Made by a program: the position numbers and the translations under genes
In this document: positions 25,631-35,847 of the stretch, piece by piece
How the letters are laid out: the number at the start of each line of letters is the position of its first letter
Position numbering within the stretch: the stretch's first letter is position 1
Source: a virus
Lineage: Duplodnaviria > Caudoviricetes
Length of the DNA: 48,298 nt
Direction: 5' to 3' (one strand)
IMG/VR virus record: IMGVR_UViG_3300048611_000085
Span: 1-48,298 of that record
The notes under the pieces: generated by a model
The model's input: only the letters and a program-made list of their open reading frames with translations
Told to the model about the DNA's origin: nothing
The model's database searches: none

Positions 25631-26233
25631 ATGGCTTACACACCCGTTGGTCCCGGCTTCCTGCTCTCGACCGTGGAGGCGGGAACGACCGACACTCACT
25701 GGACGGTGACGCGCCTGCGTAACTGCGCCTTTGATTTCGGGACGAACTATGCCTGGGTGAGTGCGGCATTTGCCCAAGTCAGGCTGAAGTCAGGGATCAT
25801 CGCGCTCCCGGCCGAACCCCTGCTGAACGCAAGCGTCGTGGATGCTGATCTGACGGTCCTGGTGAACTTCATCCTGGACAAGACGATCACGATCTCGACG
25901 CCGAACCGTGCTCTCGGGCTCCCCGACACCGTCAACTTCCTGTCATCGAGCGAAGTCCCGAAATACGGATTCGTTCCACTTCGGGAAGCATCGGACGGAG
26001 TCGATGCGGCGCACGGAATATGGCTGCCCGCAGCCGTTCCCGAGAACGTGCAGGATCTTGTCCATGCCGTGATCGAGCCGAACACCGACAACCTCAATCC
26101 CTATACCGTTCCGCTTCGCGGGTTGCTTGACGACTCGCAGGAATCGGCGGGATTCCGTTGCGGCTTCATCGGCTCCCCCACGGCGGCAGGCCTGGGCTAT
26201 GCGATTCCGACACTCGACCCATCGGCGATCTAA
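25631..26233 (+). CDS. major tail (tube) protein
   Basis: 200 aa with AGAGGA SD; synteny. Confidence 0.6.
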   Translation: MAYTPVGPGFLLSTVEAGTTDTHWTVTRLRNCAFDFGTNYAWVSAAFAQVRLKSGIIALPAEPLLNASVVDADLTVLVNFILDKTITISTPNRALGLPDTVNFLSSSEVPKYGFVPLREASDGVDAAHGIWLPAAVPENVQDLVHAVIEPNTDNLNPYTVPLRGLLDDSQESAGFRCGFIGSPTAAGLGYAIPTLDPSAI

Positions 26234-26235
26234 TC

Positions 26236-26880
26236 ATGCGTCTGCTCGTCAGGGCAGGCGTGGATCGGGAAGTTCAGTGGAAAGATCGTCGGTTTCTGAT
26301 CGAACCCCCGAGTATCCGGGACGCTGTGGAACTCATGTTCTCTCGTCCTGGGTACTTACTGGGGGATCTCGGTCATACCAGAGTGTTCCATGATGCGTTA
26401 GTTCGCTTCATGCCCCCCTCCCTTGCAACGGAACTGACAAGGGGGGAGGTAGACCGTCGAAAGGTCTGGGATTGTCTGGTTCCGATTCTTACCTGGGGTA
26501 TTCCCGAAAAGCCGAAGCCGAAGCCCAAGAAACCAGGATCGTACACGTTCGAGCACATCTGGCATCTGCTCCTGGGTAGATATTGTGCTACCTTCGGGGG
26601 GGAGCCGTGGATTATATACACGACGACCCCTTGGTCATTCTTCCTCCTGATGCTTGACGAGGCGAGGAGAATCGAGGGAGAAAAGACCTTTCAGATCATG
26701 GAGGCTACCAATATTGCCAACATGGAGAAGAAGGATCGTAATAAGGTTGCTTCCCGGGTCGAGGCTGACGTTCTGGCCGGCGCGACGCCCCCCTCGATTG
26801 ACGAGCTTGCGGAGATCGGATACGCCAATCTCCGGGCGCTCAAAATGGAACAAACGATGCGAAGCCGGGGGATGATGTAA
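26236..26880 (+). CDS. tail assembly chaperone
   Basis: Lies between the tube and tape measure genes. Confidence 0.55.
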   Translation: MRLLVRAGVDREVQWKDRRFLIEPPSIRDAVELMFSRPGYLLGDLGHTRVFHDALVRFMPPSLATELTRGEVDRRKVWDCLVPILTWGIPEKPKPKPKKPGSYTFEHIWHLLLGRYCATFGGEPWIIYTTTPWSFFLLMLDEARRIEGEKTFQIMEATNIANMEKKDRNKVASRVEADVLAGATPPSIDELAEIGYANLRALKMEQTMRSRGMM

Positions 26881-26881
26881 C

Positions 26882-29800
26882 ATGGCACAAGAGGGGGAAC
26901 TCGAAACCATCCGTCAACTCGTCATCATCGAAGTCGATAAGGCGGTTGCTGAACTGAAGCGGCTAGATCGGAAGCAGGACGACACTACGGGCCGTTTGTC
27001 GAAGATCGGGAAGACGGCTGTTCGCTGGATCAAGGTCGCTGCCGTTGCCGCATTTGCATCTCTTGCGGCTGCTATCACAGGAGCCACGGCTAAGGCCCTT
27101 CAATTCGGTCGTGGAATGGCTGAGATATCTACTCTCATCGACCGTACGCAGGGATCGATCCGACTTCTATCGAAAGGGCTGCTCGATATCAGGAAGAACA
27201 CAGGTGCAGATCTTGCGGAGCTTCAGAAGGGTCTGTATCAGGCCATTTCTTCAGGGGCCGTAGATGCAGCCAACGCAATCCAGTTTATGAACAAGGCGGC
27301 TAAGGCCGCTATTGGTGGAGTTGCAAGCGTGGGGGATGTTGTCGATGGGGCAACGACGATCATAAACGCCTTCGGTCTGTCCGTCAAGGATACTGATCGG
27401 ATCATGGACTCTCTTTTCACGACGATGAGAGCCGCCAAGACGACCGTGGGTGAACTATCCCAAGGAATCGGAACCGCCGCCCCCATTGCGGCTGCTCTGA
27501 AGGTTGATTTCGAGGAACTGCTTGCCGCAGCCGGAGCTCTCACCTTGGGGGGCATCGACACCGGGACCGCGTTTACGCAACTCAGGGGGGTTCTGTCGAA
27601 AGTCATCAGCCCCTCGAAACTGGCTGCTGAGGAGGCGAAGCGCCTCGGTATTGAATTCAACGCCGCCGCCCTCGAGTCAAAGGGATTGATCGGGTTCCTG
27701 GAGGAGGTTCGAGAAGCAACAGGAGGCAATCAGGAATCGATCTCAAAACTATTCGAGGACGTTCGTGCTGGAACGGCGGTCTTTGCTCTGGCCGGGGAGC
27801 AGGCCGACGAATTCGCCGGGATCCTCACGAAAGTCAAGACGGAAACCGGGGCCGCTGGTGAAGCCTTCGGCAAGATGCGGGATCAGGCAGGGAACGCCTG
27901 GGATCGGATCAAAGCAAGCCTGGAGGTGGGGCTGATCAATCTCGGAGAGAAGGTCCTTCCCACGGTCGCAAGCGTTTTCGAGAAGATCCTCATCCTGCTT
28001 TCCAAACTCGAAGGGCCGGGAGGAGAATTCAACGAGATCATGCGTCAGGCCGGGATCGAATCGGAGGCTGTCGCAAAGGCCCTTGCAAGCGTTAAGGCAA
28101 AGGATCTGGAAAAGGAGCTTAGCAAGATTTCGCTCGGGATCGGAGGGGTGACTGTCGAGAGGCGGGTCGTTCAAAAGAAAGCGACCGGATCCCTACGGGA
28201 GCGGGAGATGGGGACGAGAGAGGTTGAGGAGATCGTATCCGAGGAACGGACCGTGATCACCGGCGAGGAAATCCTGAAGGTGAAGGATCTGAACAAGGCG
28301 ATGGAGGAGCTATCGAAGCAGATCAAGAATAACAACACCCGCTTCGAAGAACTCGCTACTCTCCGATCCAAGACGGACGACGAGGGACTGATCGCCCTGT
28401 ATACAAAGGAGGCGTCGGGATTGCTCGAACAGAATCGGGCAATAGCCGGGACGATCGACAGTCTTGCCGAACTCAACATTCTGAGGAAGCAGGCCGCTGA
28501 TACTCCCATCGTGACGCCAGGAGGCGGTAAGATTGGAGATGATTCGAAAATCATCCCCGCCGCAGAAGCCGAAGCCCTCCAGAAGGCAAAGGAAGCCCTC
28601 CAGGATTACAATCGACAGGTTCAGCTTGCCGCCCAGACCTCGAAACTGGGCCGTGATACGCTGAAGGAACAGTTTCAACTGGAGGATCGGCTTGCGGAAC
28701 TCAGAGAGGCGCGGAAGGGCCTTGTAGACACCACTGCAACAGCCGAACTGGAGGCGATTGAGAAGGTGATCGCCAAGACGGAGGAGGAACTTGCGTCGAA
28801 GCAGGCCCTTATCGAGATCTCGAAACTTCGGGCCGATATATCACTCCTCGAAATAGAACGGGCAAGAGCCCTCGAAAAGGGGGATCTGGATCGGGTCAAT
28901 GCGATCAATATGGAGATCGCAGCGATGGAGAAGCAGATCTCCAAGCAGGAGCGTGTTACCACGTCGATGGATAGGATGTTGGGATCCGGACCTCCGAAGG
29001 CTCGACAGCTTTCTGAGGCTGTTCATCTTGCGATGGCCAAGATCATCAAAGACTTCGAGGAGGGGACGTCTACCGTTGAAAAACTGAGCGAGGCGCTTCA
29101 AGCGGTCACTCATGTTATTGCCTCCATTCCCGGGGCAAGCCGAGAATTACAGGGATTATTCGGGGGTGCCGGTCAACTTCTGAGCGCGATCAAGACGGGT
29201 GGCGCAATTGGGACCCTTGGGGTGATTGGAGGAGGGGCAACGATTATGTCAAGCGCGGCCTCGATCATCGATAAGTTCACCTCGAAGTTCGATGAAAATG
29301 AGAAGGTGATAAAAGCCCTGATCAAGGTGATGAACGATACTGCGTTCCGATTCGAAAAGGCCATAGATGAAATGATCAGCGCCCAGACCCAGGGAGGAGG
29401 GGTTACTGGCGCTCAACGGGCGGCGATGGAGCCCATATTCGAGGATCTGTTCGATATCGGAGCGGGAGACGTTCGTCGAGACCGTCCCGGTAGAGGGGGG
29501 GGAGGAGGATCGCGGATCACGACTGAGATCCGGGAGAACACCAGGGGGATGCTCGAAGAATTGGTTCGACTCGGAGGGCTTCCCGCGGAAATCCTTGACG
29601 CCTTCGATGCCAGTGCTTTGACTCAGGTTGGAGCCAGCCTCCTCGGTATGGGGGTGTTTATTGAGAACAATGTTAGACCCGCCTTCGAAGCCTTGATTGA
29701 AAGCGTCGGGGCGGCTGGGCGATCGATGGAGGGAATCGGTCGAGATCTGGCCCTTGGTCGAGAACTGGGAATGAGCAACACAGAACTGTTTGACATACTA

Positions 29801-30265
29801 CTGCGAATGCTTGAAGATCTCGATCCCACGGACGCCCTGAAATCCGAACTTGAGGAGATCGTAGGACTGGGGCTTGGAACAGCCCAGGGGCGACAGCAGC
29901 TCGAAGCCCTGGTTGACAGGATCATCCGGAGCGTCATCTCAGGGTCGGGGGAATTCATCGGAGAGGGGGGGTTGAGCCCGGATGACATTCTGATCCTTGC
30001 GGACCAGTTACGGGAATTCCTCCCCGCCGACAGAACGGGGGAATTTACCAAGTCAACCCAGGTGGCGCGTTCAATCACGGAATTCCAAACGGTGGAGTTG
30101 ATCGCGCTCGCCGCGGAGCGTAATCTCCTGCTCAAAGAAATCAGGGACGGAACCCCCACCATCAAGGGGGGGGATATCACGATCAATATTGACGGAGTTG
30201 ACGGAATCACGGACAGGGTACTCGACGAAATGGAGTGGCGTATTAGACGCGCCATGGCGGGTTGA
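26882..30265 (+). CDS. tail tape measure protein (TP901-family core)
   Basis: 1127 aa, Ala/Gly-rich helical; LYQAISSG, GTAFTQLR, LGIEF. Confidence 0.92.
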   Translation: MAQEGELETIRQLVIIEVDKAVAELKRLDRKQDDTTGRLSKIGKTAVRWIKVAAVAAFASLAAAITGATAKALQFGRGMAEISTLIDRTQGSIRLLSKGLLDIRKNTGADLAELQKGLYQAISSGAVDAANAIQFMNKAAKAAIGGVASVGDVVDGATTIINAFGLSVKDTDRIMDSLFTTMRAAKTTVGELSQGIGTAAPIAAALKVDFEELLAAAGALTLGGIDTGTAFTQLRGVLSKVISPSKLAAEEAKRLGIEFNAAALESKGLIGFLEEVREATGGNQESISKLFEDVRAGTAVFALAGEQADEFAGILTKVKTETGAAGEAFGKMRDQAGNAWDRIKASLEVGLINLGEKVLPTVASVFEKILILLSKLEGPGGEFNEIMRQAGIESEAVAKALASVKAKDLEKELSKISLGIGGVTVERRVVQKKATGSLREREMGTREVEEIVSEERTVITGEEILKVKDLNKAMEELSKQIKNNNTRFEELATLRSKTDDEGLIALYTKEASGLLEQNRAIAGTIDSLAELNILRKQAADTPIVTPGGGKIGDDSKIIPAAEAEALQKAKEALQDYNRQVQLAAQTSKLGRDTLKEQFQLEDRLAELREARKGLVDTTATAELEAIEKVIAKTEEELASKQALIEISKLRADISLLEIERARALEKGDLDRVNAINMEIAAMEKQISKQERVTTSMDRMLGSGPPKARQLSEAVHLAMAKIIKDFEEGTSTVEKLSEALQAVTHVIASIPGASRELQGLFGGAGQLLSAIKTGGAIGTLGVIGGGATIMSSAASIIDKFTSKFDENEKVIKALIKVMNDTAFRFEKAIDEMISAQTQGGGVTGAQRAAMEPIFEDLFDIGAGDVRRDRPGRGGGGGSRITTEIRENTRGMLEELVRLGGLPAEILDAFDASALTQVGASLLGMGVFIENNVRPAFEALIESVGAAGRSMEGIGRDLALGRELGMSNTELFDILLRMLEDLDPTDALKSELEEIVGLGLGTAQGRQQLEALVDRIIRSVISGSGEFIGEGGLSPDDILILADQLREFLPADRTGEFTKSTQVARSITEFQTVELIALAAERNLLLKEIRDGTPTIKGGDITINIDGVDGITDRVLDEMEWRIRRAMAG

Positions 30266-30326
30266 TACCCGTTCATGATGGATCATATGGCCCCCAGAGG
30301 GATCGGGGCTTATAAGGCCTCTCAGG

Positions 30327-33179
30327 ATGGCTCAGGACAAGATTAACTATATCGAGCTTTGGAACCCCGGATACACGTCGGATATTACGCCGGGCGGTGA
30401 TCCTCCGCTATGGTCAGACGGGACACGAGCCGGCCAGATCGACCATGTTCAGATAAAACGGTTTATTGACGATCCGGACATTGGTCAATTCCGATTTATT
30501 CCGGGGGCTCCCCTTCCTTTGAAGGCTCCCGAAGTACTTAAGGAGCGATGCATCTTCAAGATCCACTACGGCGATCCCGTCTCGTCCTGGAGGCTCTTCC
30601 GCATCACGAATGTGAATCTTCCCGTCGATTCCGGGGCGGTGACGGTGGATGCAGTCGCGCTTTACGACGATCTTGCGGACGTTTACGCCAGAAGAACCCT
30701 TTCCCCTTCGGGTCATGTGAAGATGAGCCTCGCCCTCCGGGGGCGAACGTTGACCCAGGCGCTTACGGAGATCTTTTCATCGACCTGGGGGCTTCCGTCT
30801 CACTTCAACGTCGGAACGGTTGAATCCTCGATTCAGAACGAATCGGTTCTGGTGCAATTCTTCGGGGCCACGTTCCGTCAGATCCTCCGCGTGCTTCTAT
30901 CCCAGATAACGGGAGGGGGTGAGGTTGAATACGTGTGGGATGATGCGAACGATCGGTACGATATCAATATCTATCGCGAAGCGGGGTGGTCGTCTGCAGA
31001 ACGAAGCGGAGGATCAGCCGATCCCGACTCGAGACCGGTCCAGGGTCCCGGAGGCGTGGGGCTTCACAATAGACTCTCGGGGAACTATCAGCGAAGGGCA
31101 AGGGATTTCTTCAATCGGGTGATTCCCGTCTCGGGTCCGGAGAATGAACCGATCACGATTGCAGGAGCCTTGTTCTACGGGGAGGAGGAATCCGGGGGTT
31201 ATCTCAGATTCCCATCGGATACGAGAGTTGTGGGGATCGAGGATCAGTACGTGGGGCTTTATCTCGGAAACGACGACGTTGGATTCTTCGAGATCACGGA
31301 TACGATAGTTGATCATTCATCTTCGGGTAAGAATGCGATCCAGATCGACGGGTCGGAAGCGGGTCTGGTGGGGGAATGGGTGCGATTTGCCATCGATTCC
31401 TCCGGAAGCCAACTTGTCTACGTTGAGGATCCCGCGTCAGTCGCCGCCCAAGGGATTGCGGAGAGGCGACAATCCTTCGGTGGGGTTTCCCGCTTTCCTA
31501 ATCTGCTCGTCCTTCAAGGGGTTGCCGCCGCAATGGATGAGGGCTCCGGAGGGGTGGGAGCTTGGCTTCCTACGGGCGTAAATGCGGTCGGATCTCCGAC
31601 AACCGATCAGGATACCGGGGACGACAACGTACTCTTCGGAGACTCCTCACTGAAGGTCCAGGCTAGTGAGAACGACGGGATCGAGATACCGTTCGTATTC
31701 GAGGAGGACTCAGACGATCCCCTCGTGAGTGTATGGGCACACGTTCGACTATCAGCCGGTAGCCTCAGATTGGAGATCGAGGACAACAGCGAGTACTTAT
31801 GGCCTGATGAGGAGAAGGCCGAAACGAATTCGACGCAGCTTGTCGGGCTTGCCGTGGGAGGAATCGAGCCTGATCCTGGAAACTGCAAGGTTCGGATTAT
31901 TGCCGACGAGGATTCGACCGTTTTCTACGTTGACGCCGTAAGCGTGACACGCTCCACTGAACCGGAGCCATACGCCGACAAGATGGGGCCGGCTCTGATG
32001 ATGGAGGAAGCCGTTCGGTTCCTGCTCGAAGAAGGCGGGGAACTACCTCCCAAGATCGATACGAAACTCCTCGATGCCTCGGCCTTCGACTCATCTGCGG
32101 AAATCAATCCGGGGAGCCACGTTGCGTTCAAGGATCTGTATCAGGCGGGAACGCCGGGAATCAACGTTACGGCAAGAGTCAAGGCGGTTACCGAGATCGA
32201 GACGAAGTTCGAAGGGAGGATGCTCAAAGACATTGAGTTATCTGATCGCAAGAAGGATTTCACGAATCGCTACAAACCTGGATTCGGCCGCCCCTTTATA
32301 CAGCGACATCCGAACCGAGGGTTGCCGCCGATCGATCGTTTCGTAGGCGGCTTTGGCGGCCTCTCGTGCATTCCGCCAGACGACATATCAGACTGGGCGA
32401 TGATGCCGATGATCGCGTCCGTGATCCCGGGACAGGTTCGAAACTACAACGAGGACTTTGCTCCCGTACCGCACGGCACGATCGTTTCCCCCGGAGGCAC
32501 GTTTCTGACGTTCGACGAGGTCGAGGGCCTGATCTCGACCGACACCGGGGCGACGCGCTACGTTCTGTTTGACGGGCGGCTGATAGGGGAGAGTCTGGTC
32601 CGCTTCCAGTTTCTCGGGCAGAACATCCGGAAGGGCACCTCAGACGAGATCGTGCTTTACATCACGGCCGGCACGGCGGGCGTGTACGCGGTGACGATGA
32701 AGGCGGACGGCATACTCCGCGTATCCGTGACGAGCAACGGGGCCGAATCGACCGTCAACGTCGACTCGACCCTTGCGATACCAGTGGGGCGAAGCTACCA
32801 GTGGGCCATTCAGCTTGAGATGTCGGGCACTTCGCCTTCCTCCGCAGACATTTGGGCATACCTGCTGACGGACACGTTCTCGCACGAGCGGATTCACGGG
32901 GTTCAATCCGACCCCTGCTCGGGAGAATTCAACGCGATCTACGCGCTCTACTCAGGCCTGACGTCGTCGCGGTTTCTCTATGCGGAGGGGCAGCACTCCG
33001 CGATCAAGTCAGAGCTGGAACTCCGCGCCGCGGGCGGCTGCATCGCCTCATTCGCAAAGGCCAAGGGTGGCACCACTGCCGGCATCAATCACGACGCCTA
33101 CCTCGTCACCGACGACACCAACTTCACGGTCTACGACCTGGCGGGAGCCGTGGTTGGGCAAATCGCGCACGGGCTATGA
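30327..33179 (+). CDS. baseplate hub/central tail protein with carbohydrate-binding-like inserts
   Basis: 950 aa directly after the TMP; FNVGTVE, FFNRVIPVSG; beta-rich. Confidence 0.65.
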   Translation: MAQDKINYIELWNPGYTSDITPGGDPPLWSDGTRAGQIDHVQIKRFIDDPDIGQFRFIPGAPLPLKAPEVLKERCIFKIHYGDPVSSWRLFRITNVNLPVDSGAVTVDAVALYDDLADVYARRTLSPSGHVKMSLALRGRTLTQALTEIFSSTWGLPSHFNVGTVESSIQNESVLVQFFGATFRQILRVLLSQITGGGEVEYVWDDANDRYDINIYREAGWSSAERSGGSADPDSRPVQGPGGVGLHNRLSGNYQRRARDFFNRVIPVSGPENEPITIAGALFYGEEESGGYLRFPSDTRVVGIEDQYVGLYLGNDDVGFFEITDTIVDHSSSGKNAIQIDGSEAGLVGEWVRFAIDSSGSQLVYVEDPASVAAQGIAERRQSFGGVSRFPNLLVLQGVAAAMDEGSGGVGAWLPTGVNAVGSPTTDQDTGDDNVLFGDSSLKVQASENDGIEIPFVFEEDSDDPLVSVWAHVRLSAGSLRLEIEDNSEYLWPDEEKAETNSTQLVGLAVGGIEPDPGNCKVRIIADEDSTVFYVDAVSVTRSTEPEPYADKMGPALMMEEAVRFLLEEGGELPPKIDTKLLDASAFDSSAEINPGSHVAFKDLYQAGTPGINVTARVKAVTEIETKFEGRMLKDIELSDRKKDFTNRYKPGFGRPFIQRHPNRGLPPIDRFVGGFGGLSCIPPDDISDWAMMPMIASVIPGQVRNYNEDFAPVPHGTIVSPGGTFLTFDEVEGLISTDTGATRYVLFDGRLIGESLVRFQFLGQNIRKGTSDEIVLYITAGTAGVYAVTMKADGILRVSVTSNGAESTVNVDSTLAIPVGRSYQWAIQLEMSGTSPSSADIWAYLLTDTFSHERIHGVQSDPCSGEFNAIYALYSGLTSSRFLYAEGQHSAIKSELELRAAGGCIASFAKAKGGTTAGINHDAYLVTDDTNFTVYDLAGAVVGQIAHGL

Positions 33180-35053
33180 CGCACTACGGACGGCCGGCAT
33201 ACGACCCCATTAACTCGCTGTACGTCATCTGCGGTGACGACGGAAACGTCTACTCGTGGGCAATCGGCGACGTGTCGGTGGCGCTTGAGCACGACTTTGG
33301 AGGGACGATCAAGTGCCGGGGGCTTTACTGGTCGAACATCGATCAGCGTCTCTACGCGATCACGGAGGACAGCGGGTCGGGCGACTTCGGGCACTTCACC
33401 AATCGAACCGGAACGTGGTCATGGAACTCGCTCGATACTACCTATGCCTTCCTCGACTTCCACGTCAATAGCACGGCGACACGGCTGTTTGCCCTCAAAT
33501 CGAACGGCGACCTGGGTCTGTACTCGATCGCGGCGGATGGCACCCTTGCCGAGCTCGACACGGAAACGCCGGGAACGGGCGAGCTGCCAAGCGGAACGAT
33601 TGTGGCCGTCACCTTCCGAGCCGGACAGGGATACTACGCCCAATACGACGACGGCTCTGTCGGCTATCTGGTCGAGGAAGACGATCTGTCGGGCGACTGG
33701 TTCACGATCCTAACCTCCGCACACGCGGCCGGATCGCCGGGGCTGGCGCTGTCCAACTCGTCCTTATTCGGCTACGCCTGCACGCTGATTTCTGCGGCGG
33801 ATCACATCGTTCGTTTTCCATACGATGATGAGGACTTAGGAACAGCGGACGTGATCGACAAGGGCGCCGTGGGCGACACGCTCCGTGGGCTGGCAATGGC
33901 ACGTATAGGAATCGCCCCTCCGTCTGATGCTCCTAGTGATCTGACCGCAACCGCCAACGGCGCAACTCAGATAGACCTCGCATGGACGGACAACGCCACA
34001 GGCGAGACGGGCCAGCGGATCGCATGGACCGATGACGGGTGGGTGACGACCAATTTCATCATTATCGCAGCCGACGAAACGACCTACTCCCACACTGGCC
34101 GCACGGCAGAAACGGAATACTGCTACAAGATTCAGGCTTTCAATGCGAGCGGCGCGTCCGAGTACTCCAACATCGACTGCGCGACGACTGCGGCGGCTCC
34201 GGCTGAGGTCATGGTCATTGGTTATGTCTCATCCGGGGTCGGCAACCCTCACATGATAGACGTCAGGGCTCTGTCGGACGGCAGTCTGGTCACATCATTT
34301 GAGATCACGGGCACGTTCGGCAGCACGGGCAACCTCGCGACAGGCAAGAAAATGGTCGCTTACCATGCGGGCATCGACCGGATTTTGTGGGGCACGTCGG
34401 ACGGCAAAATCTACTCTGCCGAGCAGGACGGCACGAACCACGTCCTTTGCTACGACGACGGCGGGGCCGGTATATCATCCATCGACTGCCTTGATTCCGG
34501 CAACGTGTGGATAGATGTTTTCAGGCACAGCAGGCTCAAGTTCCTCAACGCGGATGTGAATCAGGATACGACTTGGGGAACCCCTGACTGGGATGACGGG
34601 GACAGTGCAGTTGAGCTTATCAATGTACTTGAGGTAGATGGGGTTGGACAGGTAGCCGCTGAGATACGTACCTCGGCAGTCCACGACCTCTATGCGTGGC
34701 GCACATTTGGCCCTCCGTCATCGACCCTGATAGGATATTCTGATGATGGGTTTACATCGGCGGCCTGTTACGATAACCCAAATCGTCTGCTTCACTACAG
34801 TAGATTGACCGACGTTCGTCGTAGGTCCGATACGGATGAGGGCGGCGTCGGGACAGTGGTGTCCGGACTTAGCCCCAACTCTGGGGCCTCAAATCTCGTC
34901 TTGCACGATGGACGCGTGTACTGGGGAACAGGGACGATCGGGAGCAGGAAAATTATGTCTTATGTGGCGGTAGACGGAAGTGACCAGACCGACCTCTTGA
35001 CCGGTCTTGCGTACACGGGATTTAGAGGAATCGAAATAACGTCATTTGTATAA
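33176..35053 (+). CDS. distal tail/receptor-binding protein with an FN3 domain between beta-propeller-like regions
   Basis: APSDLTATA...IDLAWTDNA...YCYKIQAFNASGAS FN3 signature. Confidence 0.7.
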   Translation: MTHYGRPAYDPINSLYVICGDDGNVYSWAIGDVSVALEHDFGGTIKCRGLYWSNIDQRLYAITEDSGSGDFGHFTNRTGTWSWNSLDTTYAFLDFHVNSTATRLFALKSNGDLGLYSIAADGTLAELDTETPGTGELPSGTIVAVTFRAGQGYYAQYDDGSVGYLVEEDDLSGDWFTILTSAHAAGSPGLALSNSSLFGYACTLISAADHIVRFPYDDEDLGTADVIDKGAVGDTLRGLAMARIGIAPPSDAPSDLTATANGATQIDLAWTDNATGETGQRIAWTDDGWVTTNFIIIAADETTYSHTGRTAETEYCYKIQAFNASGASEYSNIDCATTAAAPAEVMVIGYVSSGVGNPHMIDVRALSDGSLVTSFEITGTFGSTGNLATGKKMVAYHAGIDRILWGTSDGKIYSAEQDGTNHVLCYDDGGAGISSIDCLDSGNVWIDVFRHSRLKFLNADVNQDTTWGTPDWDDGDSAVELINVLEVDGVGQVAAEIRTSAVHDLYAWRTFGPPSSTLIGYSDDGFTSAACYDNPNRLLHYSRLTDVRRRSDTDEGGVGTVVSGLSPNSGASNLVLHDGRVYWGTGTIGSRKIMSYVAVDGSDQTDLLTGLAYTGFRGIEITSFV

Positions 35054-35071
35054 CGCCAGAGGTAGAAACCA

Positions 35072-35374
35072 ATGACACATAAAAACTGGCACACCTGGAT
35101 CGGCCACGGGCTGCAAGGCGTGGCGGTGGGACTCGTGTACATCGTGCTCTTCCTGTCCGGCGGATACTTTTTCGGAATGAGAGAGGAAGTCGTCGGCCTC
35201 GCTTACTTGGGCGCGGCTCTCGCGCTCTTTTACCACTTTTCGATCCGCGAATTGATGGGGTTCTGGCAAGCGTTCGGCAAGCGTGAGCGCGTGTTGATCT
35301 GGGACTCGGTGTTGGACTTCGTGAGTCCGTTCCTTGGCCTGATCGCCATTGTGATTCTTTACGAGATGATCTGA
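35072..35374 (+). CDS. small multi-TM membrane protein
   Basis: Three hydrophobic segments. Confidence 0.65.
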   Translation: MTHKNWHTWIGHGLQGVAVGLVYIVLFLSGGYFFGMREEVVGLAYLGAALALFYHFSIRELMGFWQAFGKRERVLIWDSVLDFVSPFLGLIAIVILYEMI

Positions 35375-35847
35375 TGCCAACCGACCGCCAAATCCGTGAC
35401 CGCGTAGACGCCTTCGTCGCTGACCGACTCGCTGAGATCGAGCCGCGACAGGATGCGTATTTCGCTGAACGCGGACGCTACTGCCAAGTACTCCCGACGC
35501 ACACTGAACCCGTACGGCAGCGCGAGGAGACGGTAGGCACACGAGACGACACGACGGCGGACAGGCTAACGACACGGCCCACGGATCAGGCTGAGACGAC
35601 ACGCGACTTCATCGGCACGACGTGGGACGGGCTCGACTTCCCGGCGCGGGTGACGATCAACGTGTACGAGAGTCGGCGCGGTCACGGCTATTTCGTGGTT
35701 GTCGAGTGCAAGATCGAGGATGAGGATTGGACGCGCTCCGTCGGCTACGGGCCTGAAGCGGCGACGTTTACTAGGGCGTGGGAGAAGGTAGAGCCGGATG
35801 AGGATACTGGTGGCACTCGTGAGGAGGTGAGGAATGGCACTCGCTGA
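35374..35847 (+). CDS. hypothetical tail-region protein
   Basis: 157-aa coupled ORF. Confidence 0.65.
   Translation: MPTDRQIRDRVDAFVADRLAEIEPRQDAYFAERGRYCQVLPTHTEPVRQREETVGTRDDTTADRLTTRPTDQAETTRDFIGTTWDGLDFPARVTINVYESRRGHGYFVVVECKIEDEDWTRSVGYGPEAATFTRAWEKVEPDEDTGGTREEVRNGTR

Noticed and set aside
32852-33175. N-terminal extension of the 733-aa tail ORF
   Set aside because: Overlaps the upstream gene and reads as Arg-rich shadow sequence; ATGA coupling supports a start at 33176
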